A stretch of 64,000 nucleotides of DNA from Camelus ferus (taxonomy: Eukaryota), in assembly GCF_009834535.1 (NCBI RefSeq), contig NC_045707.1, forward strand, positions 51,152,001 through 51,216,000, written 5' to 3'. Shown one piece after another: positions 12,701 through 23,900 of this stretch. The position numbers and the translations under genes were made by a program. How positions within the stretch are numbered: position 1 is the stretch's first letter; each line of letters begins with the position of its first letter. The notes under the pieces were generated by a model. That model did not search any database. It had not been told where the DNA came from and saw nothing but the letters and a program-made list of their open reading frames with translations.

Positions 12701-15700
12701 TTTAACCTTCTTCCTATCCCTGACCTATTTTCCACGTAGTTGCCAAGTAATCCCTTCCAAGCATAAAGCAAATCATAGCGGTCCTATCCTTAGAATCTGG
12801 GTTCCCCATTACCCCAGAATTATTCCTGAAGCTCTTTTCATAGCCAGTAAGGCCCTGCATGGTCCGGCATCTGGTTTCCTCTCTAGCCTCCTCTTTACTT
12901 CTCCCCTCACTCACAGTGTTATAGTCACACTGACCTTTCAGTCCTGGGAGCAAACCAAACTCATTCAAGCTTCAGGGCCTTGCTCTTGCTTCCCTTGTTT
13001 AGATTACCATTTACCCAGATATTCTCATAACTCACTCCCTCGCTTCATGGCTCTGCTTATTAAATGAAGGCTCCTCAGAGCCCTCTGCCAAGCCCTGTAC
13101 TACCTTCCATCACTTTCTGTCCTCTTACCCTGGGTTATTTTCCTTAATAACTCTTCACTCTGTTTCGAAGTGTTATATCACATCACATCATATGCTCATT
13201 TGTCTTCCGCCACTAAAAATGTAAGGACCACATGAACTCTCGGGAAGGGATTTTGTCTGTTTTTTTCACTGCTGTATCCTCTGTGCCTACAGACAACACG
13301 CTGTAGTTCCTCAGTGAAAAACTGTTGGGTGAATAGTGACTTAGAACACCACAGAAGTGTGCTCATAGGTGCTTTTGAAAAACTCAACTTTTAAAATTAT
13401 GTTTTATTGAAAGTATGTATCTTTATAAAACCTCATATCACCATGTCAAACTTTGCCTTCTTTTCATTGTGCCCAAAGACTGAGATCCTCAAACGTGTTC
13501 CTGAAGGTGATGAGACAGAGCAAGGCCTTCAACGGGAGCTTCAAGTTCTAAGGTGTATTATTTGTTTATATGACTACTTTTTTTAAAGTTATTTTTTAAT
13601 ATAACCAGGTTTACCACATTTAGAGACTAAGATTTTTTCAACTTTGCTGCCTAATAGGATTATCAGCCTTATTTCATCCTTCTAAAGCCAATCATTCTTT
13701 TATATAATAGATACTGAAAAAAGGGTAAACCTAATATATGTGTCAAGTTTGCAACTTAAACTTTCTCAAAAGCATGGACTGTATTAAACCTTAGCTTCCA
13801 AAAGCAAACATTAATACAATGAAGAAAAAAATTTTACTTCCAAAGTTCTGTGTAGCATATTCTGATGAGGCTCCTCCAACAGGAAAACTACTCTTGAAAA
13901 TGACATCAGATCAGATTTTAAGAACATGAAGGATTTTGACCATAGGATCTGTTTGAGAATGCAGCACTGCAGCAGGGAGAGTGAACGGACAAATGTTTAC
14001 CTTTATAAACATCAGCAGGTTCTGAGCACTGCACATCACACAGTGAAAGAAATGCCCATGTATATTATGGAGTAAAGTCTGGTTTTTATTTTGTTTTAAC
14101 ACATTATTATTGTGTTCTAGATTGGCTAATAGTCAGCTGGAAAAAGAAAAAGAAGAATTAATCCATCAGATAGAAGTTAACAAAGACCAAAATGGAGCTG
14201 AAAGCACAATGCCGGGTAATGCATTTTATAACATACTCATAGCATGTTCACTAACCCAAAGTTTTTGAATTAGGGTTTGCTTTTTTTGTTCAGATTTCTA
14301 TTGTCTTCCTATAAAGTCAAATCCCTGACTTAAGGTTTAGAGCTGTCTCTTTCCTCCACACAAAACTATCTCCATTGAGCCCTTTTGAATTCTTTGTAGT
14401 ATTAAGAAGCCAATATTCTAGTGTTTTTCTCCTTTTGTTCTTGAGTGTTCTGAATTTAATCATGATACAACAATGCTAAGCAATATAATACTAGGTCCAT
14501 TGATTCCAGTTTCTCAGTATAGGCCCTCTGAACATTTTCTTCTAAATGTTATTGTCATCTTATTATTAATTTAAAAACCACATGCATATAAGTGAACATT
14601 GCATAGTCTTTCTTCCTTTTACAAAGTTAAAACAAAGTCTTTTACCCTCTTCTACCCTCTTCCACCCTCTTCCGTTCTCATTCAGAAATGATTACTAATC
14701 ACTCCCATGTTCCTGTGTGCATAGGTATGCACATAATACATACATAAGTAATGTATATGTATATATGTGGATACACACACAATGAACAATTGATCCTCAT
14801 TATTTGCAGATTCTCTATTTGCAGTGTCACCTACTCACTAAAATTTACTTGTCACCCAAAATCAGTACTATGTGGTGCTTTTGCAGACATACACAGAGCA
14901 GTGAAAAGTGTAAGTTCTATGATCCACACTTTCCTAGATGAAATCCAACAAGGTGACACTGCATTCACTGCATTAGAGGACCATTCCAAGGTCACCTTAA
15001 TAGAATATGCTTCCTGTCCCATTCATGAAGATGTATTTGCTGCCCATTTTCTCAAACTTCAGCATTATTTAAAAAATTTTACCCTTCAATGGCTGCAAAG
15101 TATGAGCACATAACACATTATATATAGTGTTTAAAGAAATATATTTTTGGCAAAGATGGCAATGAAAGCAAAAATCCTGTTGCCCATTGATTCTCATGAT
15201 AAAATCAGAGATACTCCAGGGGAAGTCCAGTAAAACTAAAGCCCTTGTGCTTTTTATGTTTTCCTACCAGAGTACCAGGACTTATTCGCCTTTGTTATCC
15301 ACCCTACCCAGCACATTTTTCACATAGTAATTACCCAATGAATGCGTATTTACCTACATGGATTAGCCAAAGTGGTCTGGTAACAGGAGCACTTGGCTTC
15401 TTCCCTAACAAACAGTCTGCTTATTTTGTTGTACTTTGAGCACTTAAGAAGTTTTCTTGGTTCTAGAATTTTTCTCTGAAAATTAACCTGACTCTATACT
15501 TCTAATACCTAGCATATGCCTCTGCCTGAAATGGAATATTAATACCTGATATAGAGGTAGCATACAGAATTCACAGCCTGAAAAGTGTTTCAACCATAAA
15601 ATCCCTTATTTTCCAGGCTCTAGTCTCATAAGTTTCCTCCTTATCTAAAACAAATCCTTTATCTTGAATTTATTCATAGTGGGAAAAACCTGAGTCTGAT

Positions 15701-16999
15701 TTTTATAACTTTTTTGGCAGATCCTGATCAACTAAAGGAAAAGGTCGAAGATTTAGAGACACAGCTCAAAACCTCAGATCTAGAAAAGCAGCATTTGAAG
15801 GTAAATATTTAATTATATCTTATTATAGTATTATGAATGTTTTTTGAAAACAGCTGTTGAAAACTATTTTTATGATCACCACCTTTGAGTTCAGGGTATG
15901 AGTTCTAAAAATTCCTGGGATCACATTTTATACTTACATTTAACTTTGATATTGCAAAGTTTATTATGTTCATCTAACTGTGTTAAAAATATTAAGAACT
16001 AGCAAAAAATTGAGACAAAACAAGTAGGCTTAAAGAGTAAATTTATTTTTAACTGTCAAATATCGTTCATTATTTTAATATTTTCCTAAGTTTTGGGTTA
16101 CATTTTTATTTCCTTTGGAAATTTTTTTCAGGAATAGCTCCCTTAAAGAAAGATATTGATATACTTTATCTCTTTAAGAATCGGTAAACTGAAAAAAAGA
16201 GCATAAATGTGAAAATTAAATAATGATCACTGGCTATTCTACAGTCTTTAGTTAAAGCTCAAATTGTTTCTTTACTAGATACCTAACTTTTAACCAGGCA
16301 GAATCCTAGAGGTTCCCTGATCATAAATATATTTATAACAAGTGACTGTTATTCATTACAAATTAGATATTTATTAAGAAAACACAAATGAAGCCTAAAT
16401 CAAAGAATCTTAACCAAAATGACTTCAATGTTGTGAATAACATAGCAAAGTTTTTCTGATTGCCTCACTGAGAATGTCTAATAATCTTTTGGAGAGAGAT
16501 TAAATCACCCTAATTTAAGAGCTGATAAATTTTAGTCCAAGACTAGGACATAACTTACAGAACAAGTAATTTGACAGTTTACAAGCTAGTTACGTACGCT
16601 GTACAATGAAACTTAATAAAATCTTAAGAAAATACTTATGCCTTTATAAGTATATTTGACTATTCAGGCTACTTTGATTTCATGTTTATAATTAAATCTC
16701 TTTACTTTAAACCTAAAGAATGTATTCTTTCTTATATGTAACTTCTAAAGATAGTATGTTTCTATTAGGAGGAAATAAAAAAGCTGAAAAAAGAACTGGA
16801 AAATTTTGATCCTTCATTTTTTGAAGAAATTGAAGATCTGAAGTATAATTACAAAGAAGAAGTGAAAAAAAATATTCTCTTAGAAGAGAAGTTAAAAAAA
16901 CTTTCTGAACAGTTTGGAGTTGAATTAACTAGTCCAGTTGCTGCTTCTGAACAGTTTGAAGAAGAGGAGGAAAGTCCTATTAATTTCCCTATATATTAA
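657..16999 (+). CDS. CEP290: CEP290 centrosomal/ciliary transition-zone coiled-coil protein, 3' part (11 coding exons, human-equivalent exons 44-54); gene begins upstream of the window
   Basis: Exons 657-780, 4806-4940, 6287-6373, 7064-7228, 7759-7882, 8859-9031, 12194-12335, 13479-13552, 14121-14215, 15721-15800, 16769-16999, all AG-flanked with GT (one GC) donors. Peptides match the CEP290 C-terminus ending ...FDPSFFEEIEDLKYNYKEEVKKN...SPINFPIY*. Exon 7759-7882 has one extra base. Confidence 0.97.
1234..1860 (+). CDS. Candidate large in-frame alternative (cassette) exon of CEP290, about 208 aa, acidic/disordered
   Basis: Polypyrimidine tract ~1180-1230, tandem acceptor aag|cag|agt (start 1234 or 1237), stop-free frame to cag|gtttaa at 1860; phase 0-0 like the flanking exons. 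Confidence 0.6.
2154..2356 (+). mobile_element. LINE-1 3'-end fragment (laurasiatherian type)
   Basis: aaacagacttacagacatagaaaacaaactt...ctgtatagcactgggaactatatt...gtaataaac plus A-rich end. Confidence 0.75.
4075..4460. mobile_element. MaLR LTR (MLT1-type)
   Basis: ccataacaaaacaccacaga...ggcttaaacaacagaaattt...ccaaataagatcattctgaagtactgggggttag...caacatatgaattt. Confidence 0.75.
4806..4940 (+). CDS. CEP290: CEP290 exon 45 equivalent
   Basis: gaag|TSEVESDDHYQREQELQKENLKLSSENIELKFQLEQANKDLPRLK|gtaaat; 135 nt. Confidence 0.95.
5285..5456. mobile_element. Non-autonomous Tigger2-type DNA transposon
   Basis: TIRs CAGCTGACCCTTGAAC ... GTTCAAGGGTCAACT with TA flanks; internal 16-bp tandem duplication 5304-5335. 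Confidence 0.75.
6287..6373 (+). CDS. CEP290: CEP290 exon 46 equivalent
   Basis: ttcag|SQVKDLKEMCDFLKKEKAEVERKLGHVRG|gtaagt; 87 nt. Confidence 0.95.
7064..7228 (+). CDS. CEP290: CEP290 exon 47 equivalent
   Basis: tctag|SGRSGKTIPELEKTIGLMKKVVEKVQRENEQLKKASGILTSEKMANIELENEKLK|gtaata; 165 nt. Confidence 0.95.
7759..7882 (+). CDS. CEP290: CEP290 exon 48 equivalent, with an apparent +1 frameshift
   Basis: ctag|AELEKLKVHLGRQL then, shifted by one base, SMQYESKTKGTEKIVAENERLRKELKK|gtatga. It is 124 nt between phase-0 neighbours; read as written it hits TGA at 7813-7815. Confidence 0.9.
8060..8290. mobile_element. MIR SINE
   Basis: MIR core ctcaatttcctcatctgtaaaactggga...aaatgagataat. Confidence 0.6.
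8859..9031 (+). CDS. CEP290: CEP290 exon 49 equivalent
   Basis: atag|ETEAAEKLRIAKNNLEILNEKMTVQLEETGKRLQLAESRGPQLEGADSKSWKSIVVT ag|gtagga; 173 nt. Confidence 0.95.
12194..12335 (+). CDS. CEP290: CEP290 exon 50 equivalent (GC donor)
   Basis: ttcag|a MYETKLKELETDNAKK...NEDLKQQ|gcaagt; 142 nt. Confidence 0.93.
12450..13340 (+). mobile_element. LINE-2 3' fragment
   Basis: cttcctaactggtctccctgcttccactctt...ttcactgctgtatcc...tgttgggtgaat, typical L2 3' end. Confidence 0.6.
13479..13552 (+). CDS. CEP290: CEP290 exon 51 equivalent
   Basis: caaag|TEILKRVPEGDETEQGLQRELQVL ag|gtgtat; 74 nt. Confidence 0.92.
14121..14215 (+). CDS. CEP290: CEP290 exon 52 equivalent
   Basis: tctag|a LANSQLEKEKEELIHQIEVNKDQNGAESTMP g|gtaatg; 95 nt. 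Confidence 0.93.
15721..15800 (+). CDS. CEP290: CEP290 exon 53 equivalent
   Basis: ggcag|at PDQLKEKVEDLETQLKTSDLEKQHLK|gtaaat; 80 nt. Confidence 0.93.
16769..16999 (+). CDS. CEP290: CEP290 terminal coding exon
   Basis: attag|EEIKKLKKELENFDPSFFEEIEDLKYNYKEEVKKNILLEEKLKKLSEQFGVELTSPVAASEQFEEEEESPINFPIY TAA (16997-16999). Confidence 0.96.
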   Translation, partial: EEIKKLKKELENFDPSFFEEIEDLKYNYKEEVKKNILLEEKLKKLSEQFGVELTSPVAASEQFEEEEESPINFPIY

Positions 17000-17149
17000 A
17001 GGCCACATCTGTACTTTTATTTAACTATTTATTAACTTTATAAGTTAAAATTCCATCTGGAAATTCCATCTGGAAATCAAGTAGGTCTCTGACCTACATG
17101 CTTTCCTTTCCAATACCTTGTACCTTTACCTAAATTGAAATTTTCAGTA

Positions 17150-17155
17150 AATAAA
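17150..17155 (+). terminator. Likely CEP290 polyadenylation signal
   Basis: First AATAAA about 150 nt after the stop codon. Confidence 0.6.
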
Positions 17156-17777
17156 ATTACATGAAAATTTCAACATATTAGAAAAGTATATTTTTGAAGA
17201 CTTTTAGAATAAGTCATCTATCAAATAGGCAATAAGCTGTGAATTTCTGTACATTCATAATGTTTTGATTAAGACGAGTATGAGGGTAAAGAACAATTTT
17301 AACATGTAAAATGGGTTTTATATATACTTACATATTTATATATGTTAAGATTCTCAAATTATATATGTGTATGTATATATATGTTGAGTTTGAGCCATAT
17401 GTTTTGTTAACTGTCTAGCAATATTAAATTCAGCTTGAACTATTTAATTTTGAAAGTAAATGATCCAAAATTGTTTGTTTAACTACTATCCATTTATAAT
17501 GGATTGAATCCAACCTTTGTACAAGATGGGGAGCTTATTATTACTTATATTTTTAAGTCCAAACGTTAAAATTCATTTGCTGTTTCTAAATAAAATTTTG
17601 AGTAGATATCTGCAACTGGGAAATTCATTTTTTCAAATGCTAGAAGACATGTTACTTTAACATTAAACACTGAATAATAAAAAGAAATCTTGAGGTATTT
17701 TTACCTTTTAAATATGGCAGAATATTCAAGATTGAAATATAACAACAATGAAGCTGATTTTTAATTGCATTTCCAGT

Positions 17778-17966
17778 TTATACACTGAGTATTATATCAT
17801 TGAGCCTACTAAATTTCTGATGATCAATTTTTGAAAAATGATTAAATAAACTCTTAGCATCAAAGGCATACTCATATTTGTTCAGGTTCATGTTGATAAT
17901 AACTGGCTTTGAATTCATATAAGTATCTGGGATTGGCCAGCATAAACCAAGATGGTGGCGATGGAC
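17778..17966 (-). CDS. RLIG1: RLIG1 terminal coding exon
   Basis: [65 protein letters not shown]. Confidence 0.95.
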   Translation of the reverse strand, partial: VHRHHLGLCWPIPDTYMNSKPVIINMNLNKYEYAFDAKSLFNHFSKIDHQKFSRLNDIILSV

Positions 17967-20900
17967 CTGAAAAGAGGAAAAAGGGTATTAGCTTCCACCC
18001 ACATTCTCTTCATTCACTTACAAGTATTTAGAGGGCCTATCTTCTGCCAGGCACCATTTAAGGCTCCACTTCATCTTACTCTTTTTTTTTTTTTTTTCAT
18101 AGCTGTTCTCTTCCTGACAAATTACATATTTGTTTGTTTATTGCTTCTATCTTCCCCATTAAAGTGTGAGCTTCATGAAGGCAGAGACACTGTTTTGTTG
18201 ACTCTGTTTCCAGCACCTGGAATCATGTCAGGAACATATTCAGGAGCTCCATAAAAATTTAATGACTAATAGAGTCTGCTGCTGAGTACAGAAGCTAGCC
18301 AACTAAAAATGTGGGCAGAAGGCATTCTAACCAAGGGGGGTGTTACGTGACAGAACACTGCTTTTTGCTCTGGTTGCAATTAGTTAAGTGTGTTTAGAAC
18401 ATATACAGTGTGGGTGTGTTTGGGAGATGGGTGTGGAGAGTTCTGGAAATTTAACCAGGGGCCAGATCATGAAAAATCTTAATGTCACTCAGCAGTTTTA
18501 TGCAGGGAAGTAGTATTCTTGTACATTGTGAAGAGTGGACAGAACAACGGACAAGACTGAAAGATATCATTTAGGAGAGTGATAAAATAGTTCAAGCGTG
18601 AATTCTGGTTTGAATTAAAATTAATAGCCAGTCGGCTGGAGAAGTCAGATGAGAATCTTTTAGAACTGTTAACTGGATTTATGAAGTAATGGAGAGAGAG
18701 GTTAAAAACGATATCTAAGTTTCTGGCTTCAGTGAACACATGACTACCTGTGCAAAATCACATACACAAGTCCAGGAGACAGAAAGGGCACAAAGTGTGA
18801 AATAATTCATTCAGTACATATTAATTGTCACCTTGATACCCCTAACAAATTCCATAATCAAGTAATTTTGAGAAATGTTGAGTAAGTTACTAGTACAGGA
18901 TGTCTCAGAGAATGCTATATTCAACACGAATTTCTAAGAAGGAAATACGTGGTATGCAGAGTTCTCCAGACGTTTTCTTCACTTTAATCCTGAAGCACAT
19001 CTAGAATCAAGCCCCACAGATTGAATACACATTGGGAAACAACTTTATCTTATAAAGATGGTGGCACGTGAGATGAAGAAATTAAATTTCTTTACTGCAT
19101 ATCAGAATTAACTGCAATTCGAAGAGAGTATTTTAGTGCCACTTTGTTTTAAGAATATAAAATGACAGAACACCACTATTTTCTGCCATTACCTTGATTA
19201 AACAGCCATCATTGCAATGCCATACTATTCCTTCAATTTTACCCTCTCTGCAACCTTCAAACCAGGACAGCAGATCACTGTGCTTCAAGGTAGGTAGATT
19301 TCTTACTTGAAATGCTCCATGTGGTATAAGAAGATGTAACGGATGCTTCTTGCTTCCTAACCCTAAAATTGTAAAAATTTGCTATTAGCCATACAAAAGT
19401 TTCAAAAAGACAGAAAATTTCTCCAAATAAAAAAGACTTATCAATGTAAATTCCACCTTTGTGTGCTCTACACTAGGAGCTGACAAACTATGGCGTTTGG
19501 ACCAAACCCAGCCAGATGCCTGTTTTTGTAAATTGTTTCAATGGAGTACAGCCACACCCATTCATTTAAGTACTGTCTGTGGCCTGTTTCAGAGGTTATG
19601 ACCCAAAAAACCTAAATGTTTACTGTCCAGGTCTTTTGCAGAAAAAGTCCACCAATCTGTCCTCTAAATCATCAGCCACATTCAACTATCATTCAGTGTT
19701 TGCCAAGCAGCCATGTTGTGTCTGTAACTTGTATAATTACTGTTTTAGCTTCTTCTCACCTGCCAATCTATCTGCTTCTGATCTCTACAGAGTATTTTGC
19801 TACTCAGCTTTAATACCCGTGGGTCTGTCTTCATTCTCCTGTCAACAATGAACTCCACAGTGCCCTAAGGACTTGTACTCAGTTCATCATGGTATATATT
19901 CTGATGACTGATGTGCTATTCATTGCCAATTTTTTAATTTTTCCCTTAGCCATTAATTAATGCTAAATTAATTGCCTAGCCATGAAAAGCAACCTAAGTG
20001 CCCATCAACAGATGAATGGATAAAGATGTGGTGTGTACACACACAAACTGCAAAACTACTCAACCAAAAAATAAAATAAAATCTTGCCATTTGCGACAAC
20101 ATGGATGGACCTGAAGGGATATTATGCTAAGTGAAGTCAGAGAAAGACAAATCCTGTATGATTTCACTTACATATGTAATCTAAAAAACAAAACAAATGA
20201 ACAAACATAACAAAACAGAAAGAGTTATAGATAGAACAAAAAAAATTCTGCCAGAGGGGAGTGTGTTAAAGAGAAGAAAAATAGGTAAGGGAGAGTAAGG
20301 TACAAACTTACAGCTGAAAAATAAATGAGTCACGGATATAAAATGTACAGTGTGGGAATAGTTAATAACTACGTAGGATCTTTGTATGGTGACAGATCAT
20401 AACTAGACTTACAGTGATCATTCTGAAATGCATGGAAGCACTGAATCACCGTTTTGTGTAATAGGAACTAACAAAGTGTTACAGGTCAGTTATACTTCAA
20501 AAACAAACACACCCATGGAAAAAGAGATCAGATTTGTGGTTATCAGAAGTGGAGGTGATGGGAGGGGGAACTGGATGAAGGCAGTCAAAAGGTACACACT
20601 TCCAGTTATAAGATAAATAAGTACTAGGGATAATGTACATGATAAATTAGCACTGCTGTGTTATATATGAAAGTTGTTAAGAGTAAATCCTAAGAGTTCT
20701 CATCACAAGAAAAAAAATTTTTCTTCTATTTCTTTAATTTTGAATCTATATAACATAATGGATATTCACTAAACTTACTGTGATAATCATTTCATGATAT
20801 ATATAAGTCAAATAATGCTGTACACCTTAAACTTATACAGTGCTATATATGTCAATTATATCTCAATTAAACTGGAGGGAAAAAAACATACCATGACTTT

Positions 20901-23900
20901 CTTTCAACTCAGTTCACCTAAGTTTTAAAAAGGAATGAAAAGTTACATTTGATTAATTACTTTCATACATGGTTCTATAATGTTATTACAGTAAAGAATG
21001 AGAGGCTCAAATGAACCTTTTGGATTAATGAGTCATGCAAAAATTTCTCCATGGACATAAAATTTAGAAATACCTATAATCCTAGAAAGCTATTTATTAG
21101 TTGAATTTATTAGTCATTTCTTTAGTGTGTATTTTTTTCAGCTGAACCTAGAAGTTGTATCTATAAATGACAGTCACTGTAACTGAACAGGAAAAACGCT
21201 TTACTCACCATATGGGTTTCCATTAATATTGGTTCCTATAAGCTCCAGTGTTTGTTCTAAGAGATCTGACAGTGGCACTGCACTAATTTCCAAAAGACCA
21301 GGATCATCAGAATGATGCTTCAGTACCAGTGCAATTTCAAATTCATAATTAACTACCGAAGAATGCCAGCAATACTGTTTGTTGTTTTTCTCCACTGGTA
21401 CCCAACCTATCATTTAAAGAAAGAAGTGTTTTTTTTTTCATTACATTGTTTTTCTTTGGATTGAGACTTGAGGTAATTTTAATTTCTGTTCTAAATTTTC
21501 CATATTTTCTGGATGTTCTATCACACAAAAGTATCACTTAACATCAGTGGACATGTTAATAGTTTTACTGCTTTTTAAATCCTATTTTTTTTTAATCATA
21601 AGATTTCATTCTTGATTCTGTTGAGGAATTAACCTATTTGACTATTCACTACAGAGCACCTAGAATTTTTTTACTAGAAAATTCACCGTTTCAATAAGAA
21701 CTGAGCACCATTCTACATTACACAGCATTAAAACCTTCTTTATTTTCTCTCCACCTTCTCTCTAATTTCAAGGGCAGTAGTAAGGGTTTCACAATTGATT
21801 GTACTGTTCCAATATTTGCTGAACAATTTATTGATTTCACATTTATTGAATGTCACTGTTATTCCCTTCCTAACTCCTGTTGTCAGATTAGGCTTCCTCA
21901 TTGCGGAGAATTCTTTATTTAAAAAAAAAAAAAAGACAAACTAGGGCATATATGCCATTATGACCATCACATCTTTGGCATTCATTATTCACCCAGATTA
22001 CTGTAATAACCTCTGCCGGTCTGCTAGTCTCCAGTGAAACCCACCCCACTTTTATCATAGTTCTATTTCAAAAATTTAAATTTAGTTCTGCTGTAGCTCT
22101 GCTTAATAATCATCTTCAGTACAAACTTCAAACTAATTTAGATGCAATACAAATACTTTTAAGATCTGAGTCTGTTCCACATCTCCAGCCTCAATTTTTA
22201 TAACCTCCTCAAATGTCACACACCCTACACAATACAGCCACAATGAAGTGTTATTTAAAATTTCTAAAAGACTCATGATCTCTCCCCTTTGTGAGAGTTT
22301 GCTGAAGCTGAACTTCTCCCTTCCTTCCAACTAACGTTCTGGTTCTTAAGCTTCAGTATAAATGTCACTCCCCTCAGAAGCTTCCTCTAACCACCACAGG
22401 TTGAAGTAGGAGTTCTTCCTCTTTTCTCCAACTGTACCCTGTATCTTACTTCCTTTCAGTTCTTAAGTCATACTATTAATGGCAGATTTGTCCTTAATAT
22501 CTAAAAGATCATCAAGGATAAGGGCTCTGGTGTCCATTGTTGTATTACTAGAAAGAGAGCTTTGCACATTATAGGTTCTCTGGTCATGCCTGCTGGACTC
22601 ACCCTTAATCTGAGCTCTCTTTCTACTCAGCACACTTTTGCAACATTTTCCTATCCTCAGAAGAACTACTGTGAGACATCTATTTTCACTTCCATTCGCT
22701 GTGAAAGTCTTCAAGGATCTTTGCAAAAAATATATACGTATTGTTATCCCCAGTCTAAAAAATAACGGCTTCTTAATATCCTATTTCAGACTAGATCAAT
22801 CACACTGCCTATCTTGACAACATGCACGTCAGGGCTAGTCCCACTCAATGCTTTAGTGTTCACAGACTACAGGTAGTACCCTATCCATCTTAGGAAACAT
22901 TCTAAACCCAAGAGGATGTTCTTGAGATGAAACTTCATTGGTATTAACTGTAAATTAGACTCACATTTTTTGCTATATAGATAAGTACCATGAAGAACCA
23001 CATTAAAATTAAATTCTGTATTTGGCAATTGAATGACCTTTTGTTCTTTATACTAGTAAACACAAAACTGTATTTTAGAAGAGATTTCATAATACCAGGA
23101 ATGTGTCCATTTTCATCAGGCATCGGATTCCCATTTAATTGTTCTATTTCCTTCGCTGGTATCCAGCACTCTGGAACAGGTTTGAAGTCCTCCTCAATAT
23201 TCCAAAAAAATTCTAAAAGAGTCAAATAATCTTATGTGTGGCAATACTTTAAAAAATATAAAATAGTGAAGAAATTCAAAAACAGCTAATGAAACTTATA
23301 ATATGAGGTACCATATAATTCTTCATTTATTATTAGCACAATGTGACTACTCAGGGTGAAAGTACTGACACCTTAAATTTTCAGTTTTGAACCTGGCCCC
23401 ATCTGTAATAGTAGGTAACAGTCTAACTAAAGCAGCCAGTATTTCAGTATGTGTAGATTAATGATAAATTATTAATGCACTATGAATATAAATATATGTA
23501 AAGATTAGATTATATATAAGTGGATATATAATAATGAATGTATATATATATCTACTTATATACTTAGAGGCATTTAATATAATAATTAAAAATGTTAATA
23601 ATCTTTTGATATTTGTACCTGATTTATAAAATTACCTATTTATCTCTTAGGCAGACAAAACCAAAATGTGTCACTCATTATAATATATATACAGTAGGTC
23701 ATATATTTTAGTAAAATTGACATACTATAATGAGGAGTCACAGAAATGTTAAAACATTTTGAAATATTTTTCTAGCATATTCTTTTACATATAAAAATAT
23801 TCAAGTATAATGTTCTTCTTTCCCCAAAGCAGTTAAATTGTAAAGGACATACTGTATAGAATACCATAACAAGAAATAAGTAAAAAAATTTCAGCTTACT

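Noticed and set aside
657..16999. Calling CEP290 a pseudogene
   Set aside because: There is only one lesion, and all other exons, phases and splice sites are intact and well conserved.
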